Below, in pieces: positions 12,001 to 26,430 of a stretch of DNA of 64,000 nucleotides (the stretch's first letter is position 1; every line of letters starts with the position of its first letter). Origin of the DNA: Heterodontus francisci (lineage: Eukaryota); NCBI RefSeq assembly GCF_036365525.1, contig NC_090413.1, forward strand, positions 29,554,266-29,618,265, in the 5' to 3' direction. The notes under the pieces were generated by a model. The model had not been told where the DNA came from, searched no databases, and was given only the letters and a program-made list of their open reading frames with translations. The translations under genes were made by a program, and so were the position numbers.

Positions 12001-15000
12001 GGATTAGTTTTGTATCTCTCCTGTGCTTTACTACACTAATTCTGGGATTAGTTTTGTATCTCTCCTGTGCTGTACTGCACTAATTCTTGGATTAGTTTTG
12101 TATCTCTCCTGTGCTGTACGACACTAATTCTGGGATTAGTTTTGTATCTCTCCTGTGCTGTGCTGCACTAATTCTGGGATTAGTTTTGTATCTCTCCTGT
12201 GCTGTATTACACTAATTCTGGGATTAGTTTTGTATCTCTCCTGTGCTTTACGACACTAATTCTGGGATTAGTTTTGTATCTCTCCTGTGCTGTACTACAC
12301 TAATTCTGGGATTAGTTTTGTATCTCTCCTGTGCTGTACTACACTAATTCTTGGATTAGTTTTGTATCTCTCCTGTGCTGTACGACACTAATTCTGGGAT
12401 TAGTTTTGTATCTCTCCTGTGCTGTACTACACTAATTGTGGGATTAGTTTTGTATCTCTCCTGTGCTGTACTACACTAATTCTGGGATTAGTTTTGTATC
12501 TCTCCTGTGCTGTACTACACTAATTCTGGGATTAGTTTTGTATCTCTCCTGTGCTGTACTACACTATTTCTGGGATTAGTTTTGTATCTCTCCTGTGCTG
12601 TACTGCACTAATTCTGGGATTAGTTTTGTATCTCTCCTGTGCTGTACTACACTAATTCTGGGATTAGTTTTGTATCTCTCCTGTGCTGTACTACACGAAT
12701 TCTGGGATTAGTTTTGTATCTCTCCTGTGCTGTACTACACTAATTCTGGGATTAGTTTTGTATCTCTCCTGTGCTGTACTGCACTAATTCTTGGATTAGC
12801 TTTGTTTCTCTCCTGTGCTGAACGACACTAATTCTGGGATTAGTTTTGTATCTCTCCTGTGCTGTACTGCACTAATTCTGGGATTAGTTTTGTTTCTCTC
12901 CTGTGCTGTACTACACCAATTCTGGGATTAGTTTTGTTTCTATCCTGTGCTGTACTACACCAATTCTGGGATTAGTTTTGTTTCTCTCCTGTGCTGAACG
13001 ACACTAATTCTGGGATTAGTTTTGTATCTCTCCTGTGCTGAACGACACTAATTCTGGGATTAGTTTTGTTTCTCTCCTGTGCTGAACGACACTAATTCTT
13101 GGATTAGTTTTGTATCTCTCCTGTGCTTTACTACACTAATTCTTGGATTAGTTTTGTATCTCTCATGTGCTTTACTACACTAATTCTTGGATTAGTTTTG
13201 TATCTCTCCTGTGCTGTACTACACTAATTCTGGGATTAGTTTTGTATCTCTCCTGTGCTGCACTACACTAATTCTTGGATTAGTTTTGTATCTCTCCTGT
13301 GCTGTCCGACACTAATTCTGGGCTTAGTTTTGTATCTCTCCTGTGCTGTACTCCACTAATTCTGGGATTAGTTTTGTATCTCTCCTGTGCTTTCCGACAC
13401 TAATTCTGGGCTTAGTTTTGTATCTCTCCTGTGCTGTACTACACTAATTCTGGGATTAGTTTTGTATCTCTCCTGTGCTGTCCGACACTAATTCTGGGCT
13501 TAGTTTTGTATCTCTCCTGTGCTGTACTACACTAATTCTGGGATTAGTTTTGTATCTCTCCTGTGCTGTCCGACACTAATTCTGGGCTTAGTTTTGTATC
13601 TCTCCTGTGCTGAACGACACTAATTCTGGGATTAGTTTTGTTTCTCTCCTGTGCTGAACGACACTAATTCTTGGATTAGTTTTGTATCTCTCCTGTGCTG
13701 TACTACACTAATTCTGGGATTAGTTTTGTATCTCTCCTGTGCTGTACTACACTAATTCTGGGATTAGTTTTGTATCTCTCCTGTGCTTTACTACACTAAT
13801 TCTGGGATTAGTTTTGTATCTCTCCTGTGCTGTACGACACTAATTCTTGGATTAGTTTTGTATCTCTCATGTGCTGTACTACACTAATGCTGGGATTAGT
13901 TTTGTATCTCTCCTGTGCTGTACGACACTAATTCTTGGATTAGTTTTGTATCTCTCCTGTGCTTTACTACACTAATTCTGGGATTAGTTTTGTATCTCTC
14001 CTGTGCTTTAGTACACTAATTCTGGGATTAGTTTTGTATCTCTCCTGTGCTTTACTACACTAATTCTTGGATTAGTTTTGTTTCTCTCCTGTGCTTTACT
14101 ACACTAATTCTGGGATTAGTTTTGTATCTCTCCTGTGCTTTACTACACTAATTCTTGGATTAGTTTTGTATCTCTCCTGTGCTCTACTACACTAATTCTT
14201 GGATTAGTTTTGTATCTCTCCTGTGCTGTACTACACTAATTCTGGGATTAGTTTTGTATCTCTCCTGTGCTGTACGACACTAATTCCGGGCTTAGTTTTG
14301 TATCTCTCCTGTGCTTTACTACACTAATTCTGGGATTAGTTTTGTATCTCTCCTGTGCTGTACTACACTAATTCTGGGCTTAGTTTTGTATCTCTCCTGT
14401 GCTGTACTACACTAATACTGGGATTAGTTTTGTATCTCTCCTGTGCTGTACTACACTAATTCTGGGATTAGTTTTGTTTCTCTCCTGTGCTGTACTACAC
14501 TAATTCTTGGATTAGTTTTGTTTCTCTCCTGTGCTGTACTACACTAATTCTGGGATTAGTTTTGTTTCTCTCCTGTGCTGTACTACCCTAATTCTTGGAT
14601 TAGTTTTGTTTCTCTCCTGTGCTGTACTACACTAATTCTTGGATTAGTTTTGTATCTCTCCTGTGCTGTACTACACTAATTCTTGGATTAGTTTTGTATC
14701 TCTCCTGTGCTGTACTACACTAATTCTTGGATTAGTTTTGTTTCTCTCCTGTGCTGTACTACACTAATTCTTGGATTAGTTTTGTATCTCTCCTGTGCTT
14801 TACTACACTAATTCTTGGATTAGTTTTGTATCTCTCCTGTGCTGTACTACACTAATTCTTGGATTAGTTTTGTATCTCTCCTGTGCTTTACTACACTAAT
14901 TCTGGGATTAGTTTTGTTTCTCTCCTGTGCTGTACTACACTAATTCTTGGATTAGTTTTGTATCTCTCCTGTGCTTTACTACACTAATTCTTGGATTAGT

Positions 15001-18000
15001 TTTGTATTTCTCCTGTGCTTTACTACACTAATTCTTGGATTAGTTTTGTATCTCTCCTGTGCTTTACTACACTAATTCTGGGATTAGTTTTGTTTCTTTC
15101 CTGTGCTTTACTACACTAATTCTGGGATTAGTTTTGTATCTCTCCTGTGCTTTACTACACTAATTCTGGGATTAGTTTTGTATCTCTCCTGTGCTTTACT
15201 ACACTAATTCTGGGATTAGTTTTGTATCTCTCGTGCTGTACTACACTAATTCTGGGATTAGTTTTGTTTCTTTCCTGTGCTTTACTACACTAATTCTGGG
15301 ATTAGTTTTGTATCTCTCCTGTGCTTTACTATACTAATTCTGGGATTAGTTTTGTATCTCTCGTGCTGTACTACACTAATTCTTGGATTAGTTTTGTATC
15401 TCTCCTGTGCTGTACTGCACTAATTCTTGGATTAGTTTTGTATCTCTCCTGTGCTGTACTGCACTAATTCTTGGATTAGTTTTGTATCTCTCCTGTGCTG
15501 TACGACACTAATTCTGGGATTAGTTTTGTATCTCTCCTGTGCTGTGCTGCACTAATTCTGGGATTAGTTTTGTATCTCTCCTGTGCTGTATTACACTAAT
15601 TCTGGGATTAGTTTTGTATCTCTCCTGTGCTTTACGACACTAATTCTGGGATTAGTTTTGTATCTCTCCTGTGCTGTACTACACTAATTCTGGGATTAGT
15701 TTTGTATCTCTCCTGTGCTGTACTACACTAATTCTTGGATTAGTTTTGTATCTCTCCTGTGCTGTACGACACTAATTCTGGGATTAGTTTTGTATCTCTC
15801 CTGTGCTGTACTACACTAATTCTGGGATTAGTTTTGTATCTCTCCTGTGCTGTACTACACTAATTCTGGGATTAGTTTTGTATCTCTCCTGTGCTGTACT
15901 ACACTAATTCTGGGATTAGTTTTGTATCTCTCCTGTGCTGTACTACACTATTTCTGGGATTAGTTTTGTATCTCTCCTGTGCTGTACTGCACTAATTCTG
16001 GGATTAGTTTTGTATCTCTCCTGTGCTGTACTACACTAATTCTGGGATTAGTTTTGTATCTCTCCTGTGCTGTACTACACGAATTCTGGGATTAGTTTTG
16101 TATCTCTCCTGTGCTGTACTACACTAATTCTGGGATTAGTTTTGTATCTCTCCTGTGCTGTACTGCACTAATTCTTGGATTAGCTTTGTTTCTCTCCTGT
16201 GCTGAACGACACTAATTCTGGGATTAGTTTTGTATCTCTCCTGTGCTGTACTGCACTAATTCTGGGATTAGTTTTGTTTCTCTCCTGTGCTGTACTACAC
16301 CAATTCTGGGATTAGTTTTGTTTCTCTCCTGTGCTGTACTACACTAATTCTGGGATTAGTTTTGTTTCTCTCCTGTGCTGAACGACACTAATTCTGGGAT
16401 TAGTTTTGTATCTCTCCTGTGCTGAACGACACTAATTCTTGGATTAGTTTTGTATCTCTCCTGTGCTTTACTACACTAATTCTTGGATTAGTTTTGTATC
16501 TCTCATGTGCTTTAATACACTAATTCTTGGATTAGTTTTGTATCTCTCCTGTGCTGTACTACACTAATTCTGGGATTAGTTTTGTATCTCTCCTGTGCTG
16601 CACTACACTAATTCTTGGATTAGTTTTGTATCTCTCCTGTGCTGTCCGACACTAATTCTGGGCTTAGTTTTGTATCTCTCCTGTGCTGTACTCCACTAAT
16701 TCTGGGATTAGTTTTGTATCTCTCCTGTGCTTTCCGACACTAATTCTGGGCTTAGTTTTGTATCTCTCCTGTGCTGTACTACACTAATTCTGGGATTAGT
16801 TTTGTATCTCTCCTGTGCTATCCGACACTAATTCTGGGATTAGTTTTGTATCTCTCCTGTGCTGTACTACACTAATTCTGGGATTAGTTTTGTATCTCTC
16901 CTGTGCTGTCCGACACTAATTCTGGGCTTAGTTTTGTATCTCTCCTGTGCTGTACTACACTAATTCTGGGATTAGTTTTGTATCTCTCCTGTGCTGTACT
17001 ACACTAATTCTGGGATTAGTTTTGTATCTCTCCTGTGCTGTACTACACTAATTCTTGGATTAGTTTTGTATCTCTCCTGTGCTTTACTACACTAATTCTG
17101 GGATTAGTTTTGTTTCTCTCCTGTGCTGTACTACACTAATTCTTGGATTAGTTTTGTATCTCTCCTGTGCTTTACTACACTAATTCTTGGATTAGTTTTG
17201 TATTTCTCCTGTGCTTTACTACACTAATTCTTGGATTAGTTTTGTATCTCTCCTGTGCTTTACTACACTAATTCTGGGATTAGTTTTGTTTCTTTCCTGT
17301 GCTTTACTACACTAATTCTGGGATTAGTTTTGTATCTCTCCTGTGCTTTACTACACTAATTCTGGGATTAGTTTTGTATCTCTCCTGTGCTTTACTACAC
17401 TAATTCTGGGATTAGTTTTGTATCTCTCGTGCTGTACTACACTAATTCTGGGATTAGTTTTGTTTCTTTCCTGTGCTTTACTACACTAATTCTGGGATTA
17501 GTTTTGTATCTCTCCTGTGCTTTACTATACTAATTCTGGGATTAGTTTTGTATCTCTCGTGCTGTACTACACTAATTCTTGGATTAGTTTTGTATCTCTC
17601 CTGTGCTGTACTGCACTAATTCTTGGATTAGTTTTGTATCTCTCCTGTGCTTTACTACACTAATTCTGGGATTAGTTTTGTATCTCTCCTGTGCTGTACT
17701 GCACTAATTCTTGGATTAGTTTTGTATCTCTCCTGTGCTGTACGACACTAATTCTGGGATTAGTTTTGTATCTCTCCTGTGCTGTGCTGCACTAATTCTG
17801 GGATTAGTTTTGTATCTCTCCTGTGCTGTATTACACTAATTCTGGGATTAGTTTTGTATCTCTCCTGTGCTTTACGACACTAATTCTGGGATTAGTTTTG
17901 TATCTCTCCTGTGCTGTACTACACTAATTCTGGGATTAGTTTTGTATCTCTCCTATGCTGTACTACACTAATTCTTGGATTAGTTTTGTATCTCTCCTGT

Positions 18001-21000
18001 GCTGTACGACACTAATTCTGGGATTAGTTTTGTATCTCTCCTGTGCTGTACTACACTAATTCTGGGATTAGTTTTGTATCTCTCCTGTGCTGTACTACAC
18101 TAATTCTGGGATTAGTTTTGTATCTCTCCTGTGCTGTACTACACTAATTCTGGGATTAGTTTTGTATCTCTCCTGTGCTGTACTACACTATTTCTGGGAT
18201 TAGTTTTGTATCTCTCCTGTGCTGTACTGCACTAATTCTGGGATTAGTTTTGTATCTCTCCTGTGCTGTACTACACTAATTCTGGGATTAGTTTTGTATC
18301 TCTCCTGTGCTGTACTACACGAATTCTGGGATTAGTTTTGTATCTCTCCTGTGCTGTACTACACTAATTCTGGGATTAGTTTTGTATCTCTCCTGTGCTG
18401 TACTGCACTAATTCTTGGATTAGCTTTGTTTCTCTCCTGTGCTGAACGACACTAATTCTGGGATTAGTTTTGTATCTCTCCTGTGCTGTACTGCACTAAT
18501 TCTGGGATTAGTTTTGTTTCTCTCCTGTGCTGTACTACACCAATTCTGGGATTAGTTTTGTTTCTCTCCTGTGCTGTACTACACTAATTCTGGGATTAGT
18601 TTTGTTTCTCTCCTGTGCTGAACGACACTAATTCTGGGATTAGTTTTGTATCTCTCCTGTGCTGAACGACACTAATTCTGGGATTAGTTTTGTTTCTCTC
18701 CTGTGCTGAACGACACTAATTCTTGGATTAGTTTTGTATCTCTCCTGTGCTTTACTACACTAATTCTTGGATTAGTTTTGTATCTCTCATGTGCTTTAAT
18801 ACACTAATTCTTGGATTAGTTTTGTATCTCTCCTGTGCTGTACTACACTAATTCTGGGATTAGTTTTGTATCTCTCCTGTGCTGCACTACACTAATTCTT
18901 GGATTAGTTTTGTATCTCTCCTGTGCTGTCCGACACTAATTCTGGGCTTAGTTTTGTATCTCTCCTGTGCTGTACTCCACTAATTCTGGGATTAGTTTTG
19001 TATCTCTCCTGTGCTTTCCGACACTAATTCTGGGCTTAGTTTTGTATCTCTCCTGTGCTGTACTACACTAATTCTGGGATTAGTTTTGTATCTCTCCTGT
19101 GCTATCCGACACTAATTCTGGGATTAGTTTTGTATCTCTCCTGTGCTGTACTACACTAATTCTGGGATTAGTTTTGTATCTCTCCTGTGCTGTCCGACAC
19201 TAATTCTGGGCTTAGTTTTGTATCTCTCCTGTGCTGTACTACACTAATTCTGGGATTAGTTTTGTATCTCTCCTGTGCTGTACTACACTAATTCTGGGAT
19301 TAGTTTTGTATCTCTCCTGTGCTGTACTACACTAATTCTGGGATTAGTTTTGTATCTCTCCTGTGCTGTACTACACTAATTCTGGGATTAGTTTTGTATC
19401 TCTCCTGTGCTTTACTACACTAATTCTGGGATTAGTTTTGTATCTCTCCTGTGCTGTACGACACTAATTCTTGGATTAGTTTTGTATCTCTCCTGTGCTG
19501 TACTACACTAATGCTGGGACTAGTTTTGTATCTCTCCTGTGCTGTACGACACTAATTCTTGGATTAGTTTTGTATCTCTCCTGTGCTTTACTACACTAAT
19601 TCTGGGATTAGTTTTGTATCTCTCCTGTGCTTTAGTACACTAATTCTGGGATTAGTTTTGTATCTCTCCTGTGCTTTACTACACTAATTCTTGGATTAGT
19701 TTTGTTTCTCTCCTGTGCTTTACTACACTAATTCTGGGATTAGTTTTGTATCTCTCCTGTGCTTTACTACACTAATTCTTGGATTAGTTTTGTATCTCTC
19801 CTGTGCTCTACTACACTAATTCTTGGATTAGTTTTGTATCTCTCCTGTGCTGTACTACACTAATTCTGGGATTAGTTTTGTATCTCTCCTGTGCTGTACG
19901 ACACTAATTCCGGGCTTAGTTTTGTATCTCTCCTGTGCTTTACTACACTAATTCTGGGATTAGTTTTGTATCTCTCCTGTGCTGTACTACACTAATTCTG
20001 GGCTTAGTTTTGTATCTCTCCTGTGCTGTACTACACTAATACTGGGATTAGTTTTGTATCTCTCCTGTGCTGTACTACACTAATTCTGGGATTAGTTTTG
20101 TTTCTCTCCTGTGCTGTACTACACTAATTCTTGGATTAGTTTTGTTTCTCTCCTGTGCTGTACTACACTAATTCTGGGATTAGTTTTGTTTCTCTCCTGT
20201 GCTGTACTACACTAATTCTTGGATTAGTTTTGTTTCTCTCCTGTGCTGTACTACACTAATTCTTGGATTAGTTTTGTATCTCTCCTGTGCTGTACTACAC
20301 TAATTCTTGGATTAGTTTTGTATCTCTCCTGTGCTGTACTACACTAATTCTTGGATTAGTTTTGTTTCTCTCCTGTGCTGTACTACACTAATTCTTGGAT
20401 TAGTTTTGTATCTCTCCTGTGCTTTACTACACTAATTCTTGGATTAGTTTTGTATCTCTCCTGTGCTGTACTACACTAATTCTTGGATTAGTTTTGTATC
20501 TCTCCTGTGCTTTACTACACTAATTCTGGGATTAGTTTTGTTTCTCTCCTGTGCTGTACTACACTAATTCTTGGATTAGTTTTGTATCTCTCCTGTGCTT
20601 TACTACACTAATTCTTGGATTAGTTTTGTATTTCTCCTGTGCTGTACTACACTAATTCTTGGATTAGTTTTGTATCTCTCCTGTGCTTTACTACACTAAT
20701 TCTTGGATTAGTTTTGTATCTCTCCTGTGCTTTACTACACTAATTCTTGGATTACTTTTGTATCTCTCCTGTGCTGTACTACACTAATTCTGGGATTAGT
20801 TTTGTATCTCTCCTGTGCTGTACTACACTAATTCTGGGATTAGTTTTGTATCTCTCCTGTGCTGTACTACACTAATTCTGGGATTAGTTTTGTATCTCTC
20901 ATGTGCTTTACTACACTAATTCTTGGATTAGTTTTGTATCTCTCCTGTGCTGTACTACAGTAATTCTGGGATTAGTTTTGTATCTCTCCTGTGCTTTACT

Positions 21001-24000
21001 ACACTAATTCTGGGATTAGTTTTGTATCTCTCCTGTGCTGTACTACACTAATTCTGGGATTAGTTTTGTATCTCTCCTGTGCTGTACTACAGTAATTCTG
21101 GGATTAGTTTTGTATCTCTCCTGTGCTGTACTACACTATTTCTTGGATTAGTTTTGTATCTCTCCTGTGCTGTACTACACTAATTCTTGGATTAGTTTTG
21201 TATCTCTCCTGTGCTGTACTACACTAATTCTTGGATTAGTTTTGTATCTCTCCTGTGCTGTACTACACTAATTCTTGGATTAGTTTTGTTTCTCTCCTGT
21301 GCTGTACTACACTAATTCTTGGATTAGTTTTGTATCTCTCCTGTGCTGTACTACACTAATTCTTGGATTAGTTTTGTATCTCTCCTGTGCTGTACTACAC
21401 TAATTCTTGGATTAGTTTTGTTTCTCTCCTGTGCTGTACTACACTAATTCTTGGATTAGTTTTGTATCTCTCCTGTGCTGTACTACACTAATTCTGGGAT
21501 TAGTTTTGTATCTCTCCTGTGCTGTACTACACTAATTCTGGGATTAGTTTTGTATCTCTCCTGTGCTGTACTACACTAATTCTGGGATTAGTTTTGTATC
21601 TCTCCTGTGCTGTACTACACTAATTCTGGGATTAGTTTTGTATCTCTCCTGTGCTGTACTACACTAATTCTTGGATTAGTTTTGTTTCTCTCCTGTGCTG
21701 TACTACACTAATTCTTGGATTAGTTTTGTTTCTCTCCTGTGCTGTGCTACACTAATTCTTGGATTAGTTTTGTATCTCTCCTGTGCTGTACTACACTAAT
21801 TCTTGGATTAGTTTTGTATCTCTCCTGTGCTGTACTACACTAATTCTTGGATTAGTTTTGTTTCTCTCCTGTGCTGTACTACACTAATTCTTGGATTAGT
21901 TTTGTATCTCTCCTGTGCTTTACTACACTAATTCTTGGATTAGTTTTGTATCTCTCCTGTGCTGTACTACACTAATTCTTGGATTAGTTTTGTATCTCTC
22001 CTGTGCTTTACTACACTAATTCTGGGATTAGTTTTGTTTCTCTCCTGTGCTGTACTACACTAATTCTTGGATTAGTTTTGTATCTCTCCTGTGCTTTACT
22101 ACACTAATTCTTGGATTAGTTTTGTATTTCTCCTGTGCTGTACTACACTAATTCTTGGATTAGTTTTGTATCTCTCCTGTGCTTTACTACACTAATTCTT
22201 GGATTAGTTTTGTATCTCTCCTGTGCTTTACTACACTAATTCTTGGATTACTTTTGTATCTCTCCTGTGCTGTACTACACTAATTCTGGGATTAGTTTTG
22301 TATCTCTCCTGTGCTGTACTACACTAATTCTGGGATTAGTTTTGTATCTCTCCTGTGCTGTACTACACTAATTCTGGGATTAGTTTTGTATCTCTCATGT
22401 GCTTTACTACACTAATTCTTGGATTAGTTTTGTATCTCTCCTGTGCTGTACTACAGTAATTCTGGGATTAGTTTTGTATCTCTCCTGTGCTTTACTACAC
22501 TAATTCTGGGATTAGTTTTGTATCTCTCCTGTGCTGTACTACACTAATTCTGGGATTAGTTTTGTATCTCTCCTGTGCTGTACTACAGTAATTCTGGGAT
22601 TAGTTTTGTATCTCTCCTGTGCTGTACTACACTATTTCTTGGATTAGTTTTGTATCTCTCCTGTGCTGTACTACACTAATTCTTGGATTAGTTTTGTATC
22701 TCTCCTGTGCTGTACTACACTAATTCTTGGATTAGTTTTGTATCTCTCCTGTGCTGTACTACACTAATTCTTGGATTAGTTTTGTTTCTCTCCTGTGCTG
22801 TACTACACTAATTCTTGGATTAGTTTTGTATCTCTCCTGTGCTGTACTACACTAATTCTTGGATTAGTTTTGTATCTCTCCTGTGCTGTACTACACTAAT
22901 TCTTGGATTAGTTTTGTTTCTCTCCTGTGCTGTACTACACTAATTCTTGGATTAGTTTTGTATCTCTCCTGTGCTGTACTACACTAATTCTGGGATTAGT
23001 TTTGTATCTCTCCTGTGCTGTACTACACTAATTCTGGGATTAGTTTTGTATCTCTCCTGTGCTGTACTACACTAATTCTGGGATTAGTTTTGTATCTCTC
23101 CTGTGCTGTACTACACTAATTCTGGGATTAGTTTTGTATCTCTCCTGTGCTGTACTACACTAATTCTTGGATTAGTTTTGTTTCTCTCCTGTGCTGTACT
23201 ACACTAATTCTTGGATTAGTTTTGTTTCTCTCCTGTGCTGTGCTACACTAATTCTTGGATTAGTTTTGTATCTCTCCTGTGCTGTACTACACTAATTCTT
23301 GGATTAGTTTTGTTTCTCTCCTGTGCTGTACTACACTAATTCTGGGATTAGTTTTGTATCTCTCCTGTGCTGTGCTACACTAATTCTTGGATTAGTTTTG
23401 TATCTCTCCTGTGCTGTACCACACTAATTCTGGGATTAGTTTTGTTTCTCTCCTGTGCTGAACTACACTAATTCTTGGATTAGTTTTGTTTCTCTCCTGT
23501 GCTGTACTACACTAATTCTTGGATTAGTTTTGTTTCTCTCTTGTGCTGTATTACACTAATTCTGGGCTTAGTTTTGTATCTCTCCTGTGCTTTACTGCAC
23601 TAATTCTTGGATTAGTTTTGTATCTCTCCTGTGCTTTACTACACTAATTCTTGGATTAGTTTTGTATCTCTCCTGTGCTGTACTACACTAATTCTGGGAT
23701 TAGTTTTGTATCTCTCCTGTGCTGTACTGCACTAATTCTTGGATTAGTTTTGTATCTCTCCTGTGCTTTACTGCACTAATTCTTGGATTAGTTTTGTATC
23801 TCTCCTGTGCTGTACTGCACTAATTCTTGGATTAGTTTTGTATCTCTCCTGTGCTGTACTGCACTAATTCTTGGATTAGTTTTGTATCTCTCCTGTGCTT
23901 TACTACACTAATTCTGGGATTAGTTTTGTATCTCTCCTGTGCTGTACTACACTAATTCTTGGATTAGTTTTGTATCTCTCCTGTGCTGTACTACACTAAT

Positions 24001-24934
24001 TCTTGGATTAGTTTTGTATCTCTCCTGTGCTGTACTACACTAATTCTTGGATTAGTTTTGTTTCTCTCCTGTGCTGTACTACACTAATTCTGGGATTAGT
24101 TTTGTATCTCTCCTGTGCTGTACTACACTAATTCTTGGATTAGTTTTGTATCTCTCCTGTGCTGTACTACACTAATTCTGGGATTAGTTTTGTATCTCTC
24201 CTGTGCTGTACTACACTAATTCTGGGATTAGTTTTGTATCTCTCCTGTGCTGTACTACACTAATTCTGGGATTAGTTTTGTATCTCTCCTGTGCTGTACT
24301 ACACTAATTCTGGGATTAGTTTTGTATCTCTCCTGTGCTGTACTACACTAATTCTGGGATTAGTTTTGTTTCTCTCCTGTGCTTTACTGCACTAATTCTG
24401 GGCTTAGTTTTGTTTCTCTCCTGTGCTGTACTACACTAATTCTTGGATTAGTTTTGTATCTCTCCTGTGCTTTACTGCACTAATTCTGGGATTAGTTTTG
24501 TATCTCTCCTGTGCTGTACTCCAGTAATTCTGGGATTCGTTTTGTTTCTGTCCTGTGCTGTACTCCAGTAATTGTGGGATTAGTTTTGTTTCTGTCCTGT
24601 GCTGTACTACACTAATTCTGGGATTAGTTTTGTTTCTGTCCTGTGCTGTACTACACTAATTCTGGGATTAGTTTTGTTTCTGTCCTGTGGTATCCTATGA
24701 TTCCACAGAAGGTTTGGTCTTATTTACAAAGAGGGTGACGTCTGGTCTGAGCGGGAACTATCTGTTAAATTCCAGATAGTCGAGTGCAAGGAGCTGACAC
24801 GCTCATCCTGTCTCAATGAGAGAAGCACACAGGAATGTGCCATTGAAAAAGGCTCTCATTCCTTCCCTTAATCAGAAACTCCAATCCAGGAATACGAAGA
24901 TATCGAACGTGACCCAGGCTTTTGTGTGAGATCA

Positions 24935-25610
24935 TCATCTCAGGAGCAGGAGGGCGGCCATTTGGCCCGAGTCTGCTCCGCCACTGAATTCCATCTTGGC
25001 TGATCTGTACCTGAAATCCATTTCCCCACCTTTACTCCATATCCCTTGATACCTTTAACCACCAAAATATCTTGGAAAAACCAGATGTCCCTCGGCTTTT
25101 TGGGGGAACATTTCCAGCTTTTTCTCTCCCATTTGTGTGAGGAACAGCTTCCTGACATCACCCCTGAATGACCTGGCTTGAATTTTGTTCTGCACTCCCC
25201 CTCACCAGAGGAAATAGTTTCTCTCTATCTTCCTCATTGAATCCTTTTAGCATTTTAAACACACCAATCAGATCACCCCTCTGCCTTCCAAATTCAAGGG
25301 GTACAAGCCTGGTTCATGGAACTTCTCATCATCATTTAACCCTTTTACCTCCAGTAACATTCTGGTGAATCGGTGCTGCACCCCTACCTGAGGTGCTGTG
25401 GCCAGTTGGTGAAGCCTTCCCTTTGTGTTCCAGCTCTTTAAGATGAAGATCAACACCCCATTAGCCTTTCAAATTAATTTTTGTACCTGATTTCTGTACT
25501 TGCATCTCTAAATCTCTTTGCTCATCGACACTTCCCCCATTGAGAAAATATTCCGATTTATCATTCCATGATGTGAAGTGGATGACCTCACACTTGTGCA
25601 CATTGTAATA
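24935..25610 (-). mobile_element. Degraded CR1 LINE 3' fragment
   Basis: Reverse-strand CR1 3' tail (CAGGAG...GGCCATTTGGCCC...CTGCTCCGCCA) followed by remnants of the RT C-terminus (RFTRML, KGIKGYG). Confidence 0.65.
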
Positions 25611-25959
25611 ATGAGGAAATTTTAACTCTTATGCTCGTCTGCGTGACAAACATTGTGATTAAAATGAGAAGAGGACCTTTGACTACAATCAGGGCTGTTT
25701 TGTTCATCAGCAGGGGACACACGCATAGAAATAAATGGTGTCAGTACTAGACCTGGTTCTGGGTAACGGAACGATGAAACCTGAAGAGAACAGCCGGGAA
25801 ATAAAAACCACATCTTAATTTGGTTCATATTGAAATGAATAAAAAGGAGTACAAGATGGGGACATGGGCTGAGTCCAATGAGAGGAGGAAGTACCCAGAT
25901 TAACTGGCTGGAAGAAGTGGTGAACTCACAGTGGAGGAAAGCTAGGGTCAAAGACTGGG

Positions 25960-26430
25960 GTTTATGAAGAAACAGGAGAGTTTAGGCATAAAAAGAGACC
26001 AAGGGATAATATAGCAGAAAACTGAGAAATATAGAGGATGAAATATATGAGACACAGATTAACAGGAGTATAAAAAATACTGACCATTGTGTGATGTGAA
26101 ATTGTCAAACCACGTGAATAAATAGCTGGTTAAAGGAGTGGGATCATTTGGAGGGAATAGTGGAGATTCTTACTGAGTGTATTATCTCTATTGTTTGAAG
26201 GAGGGGCACGGGAATTGTCGAAGAGGAGGTGTGGGACACTTGCTGAAACAAAATACTCAAAAACCAGCAGAATTAAATAATGTGGGACTCTTGTTTGTGA
26301 AGCTTCACAGCTTTTGAGAAAATCACTGCAGATGGAGGAGGCATTGTTGTATTGATAGATTTATAACCTCCCACAAAGGAGACTTGTCAAAAATTAAGGC
26401 ATTTGATAGTAAAGAGAAATTGTTAGAAAG
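25960..26430 (+). mobile_element. Highly degraded CR1-like LINE fragment
   Basis: A-rich decayed ORF2-like sequence resembling other CR1 copies in the window. No intact frame. Confidence 0.4.

Larger units (their letters stand above)
1..24689. repeat. 44-bp satellite array (consensus CTACACTAATTCTGGGATTAGTTTTGTATCTCTCCTGTGCTGTA), roughly 420-430 units, interrupted by two RTE LINE copies
   Basis: Period read directly (GGATTA at 5 and 49). Recurrent SNP variants and a 42-bp variant unit (TCTCGTGCTG). Each unit has an ACTAAT...ATTAGT inverted motif. The array decays at about 24520-24689 and runs off the left edge of the window. Confidence 0.97.

Noticed and set aside
3078-24689. CRISPR-like array (palindromic repeat next to a reverse transcriptase)
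   Set aside because: Units are head-to-tail with no unique spacers, there are no cas genes, and the RT is a eukaryotic LINE with a TSD.
24709-24870. Short open frame after a CAG acceptor-like site at the satellite edge (RFGLIYKEG...HSFP*)
   Set aside because: Could be a terminal exon but matches no protein I recognise; unsupported without transcript data.
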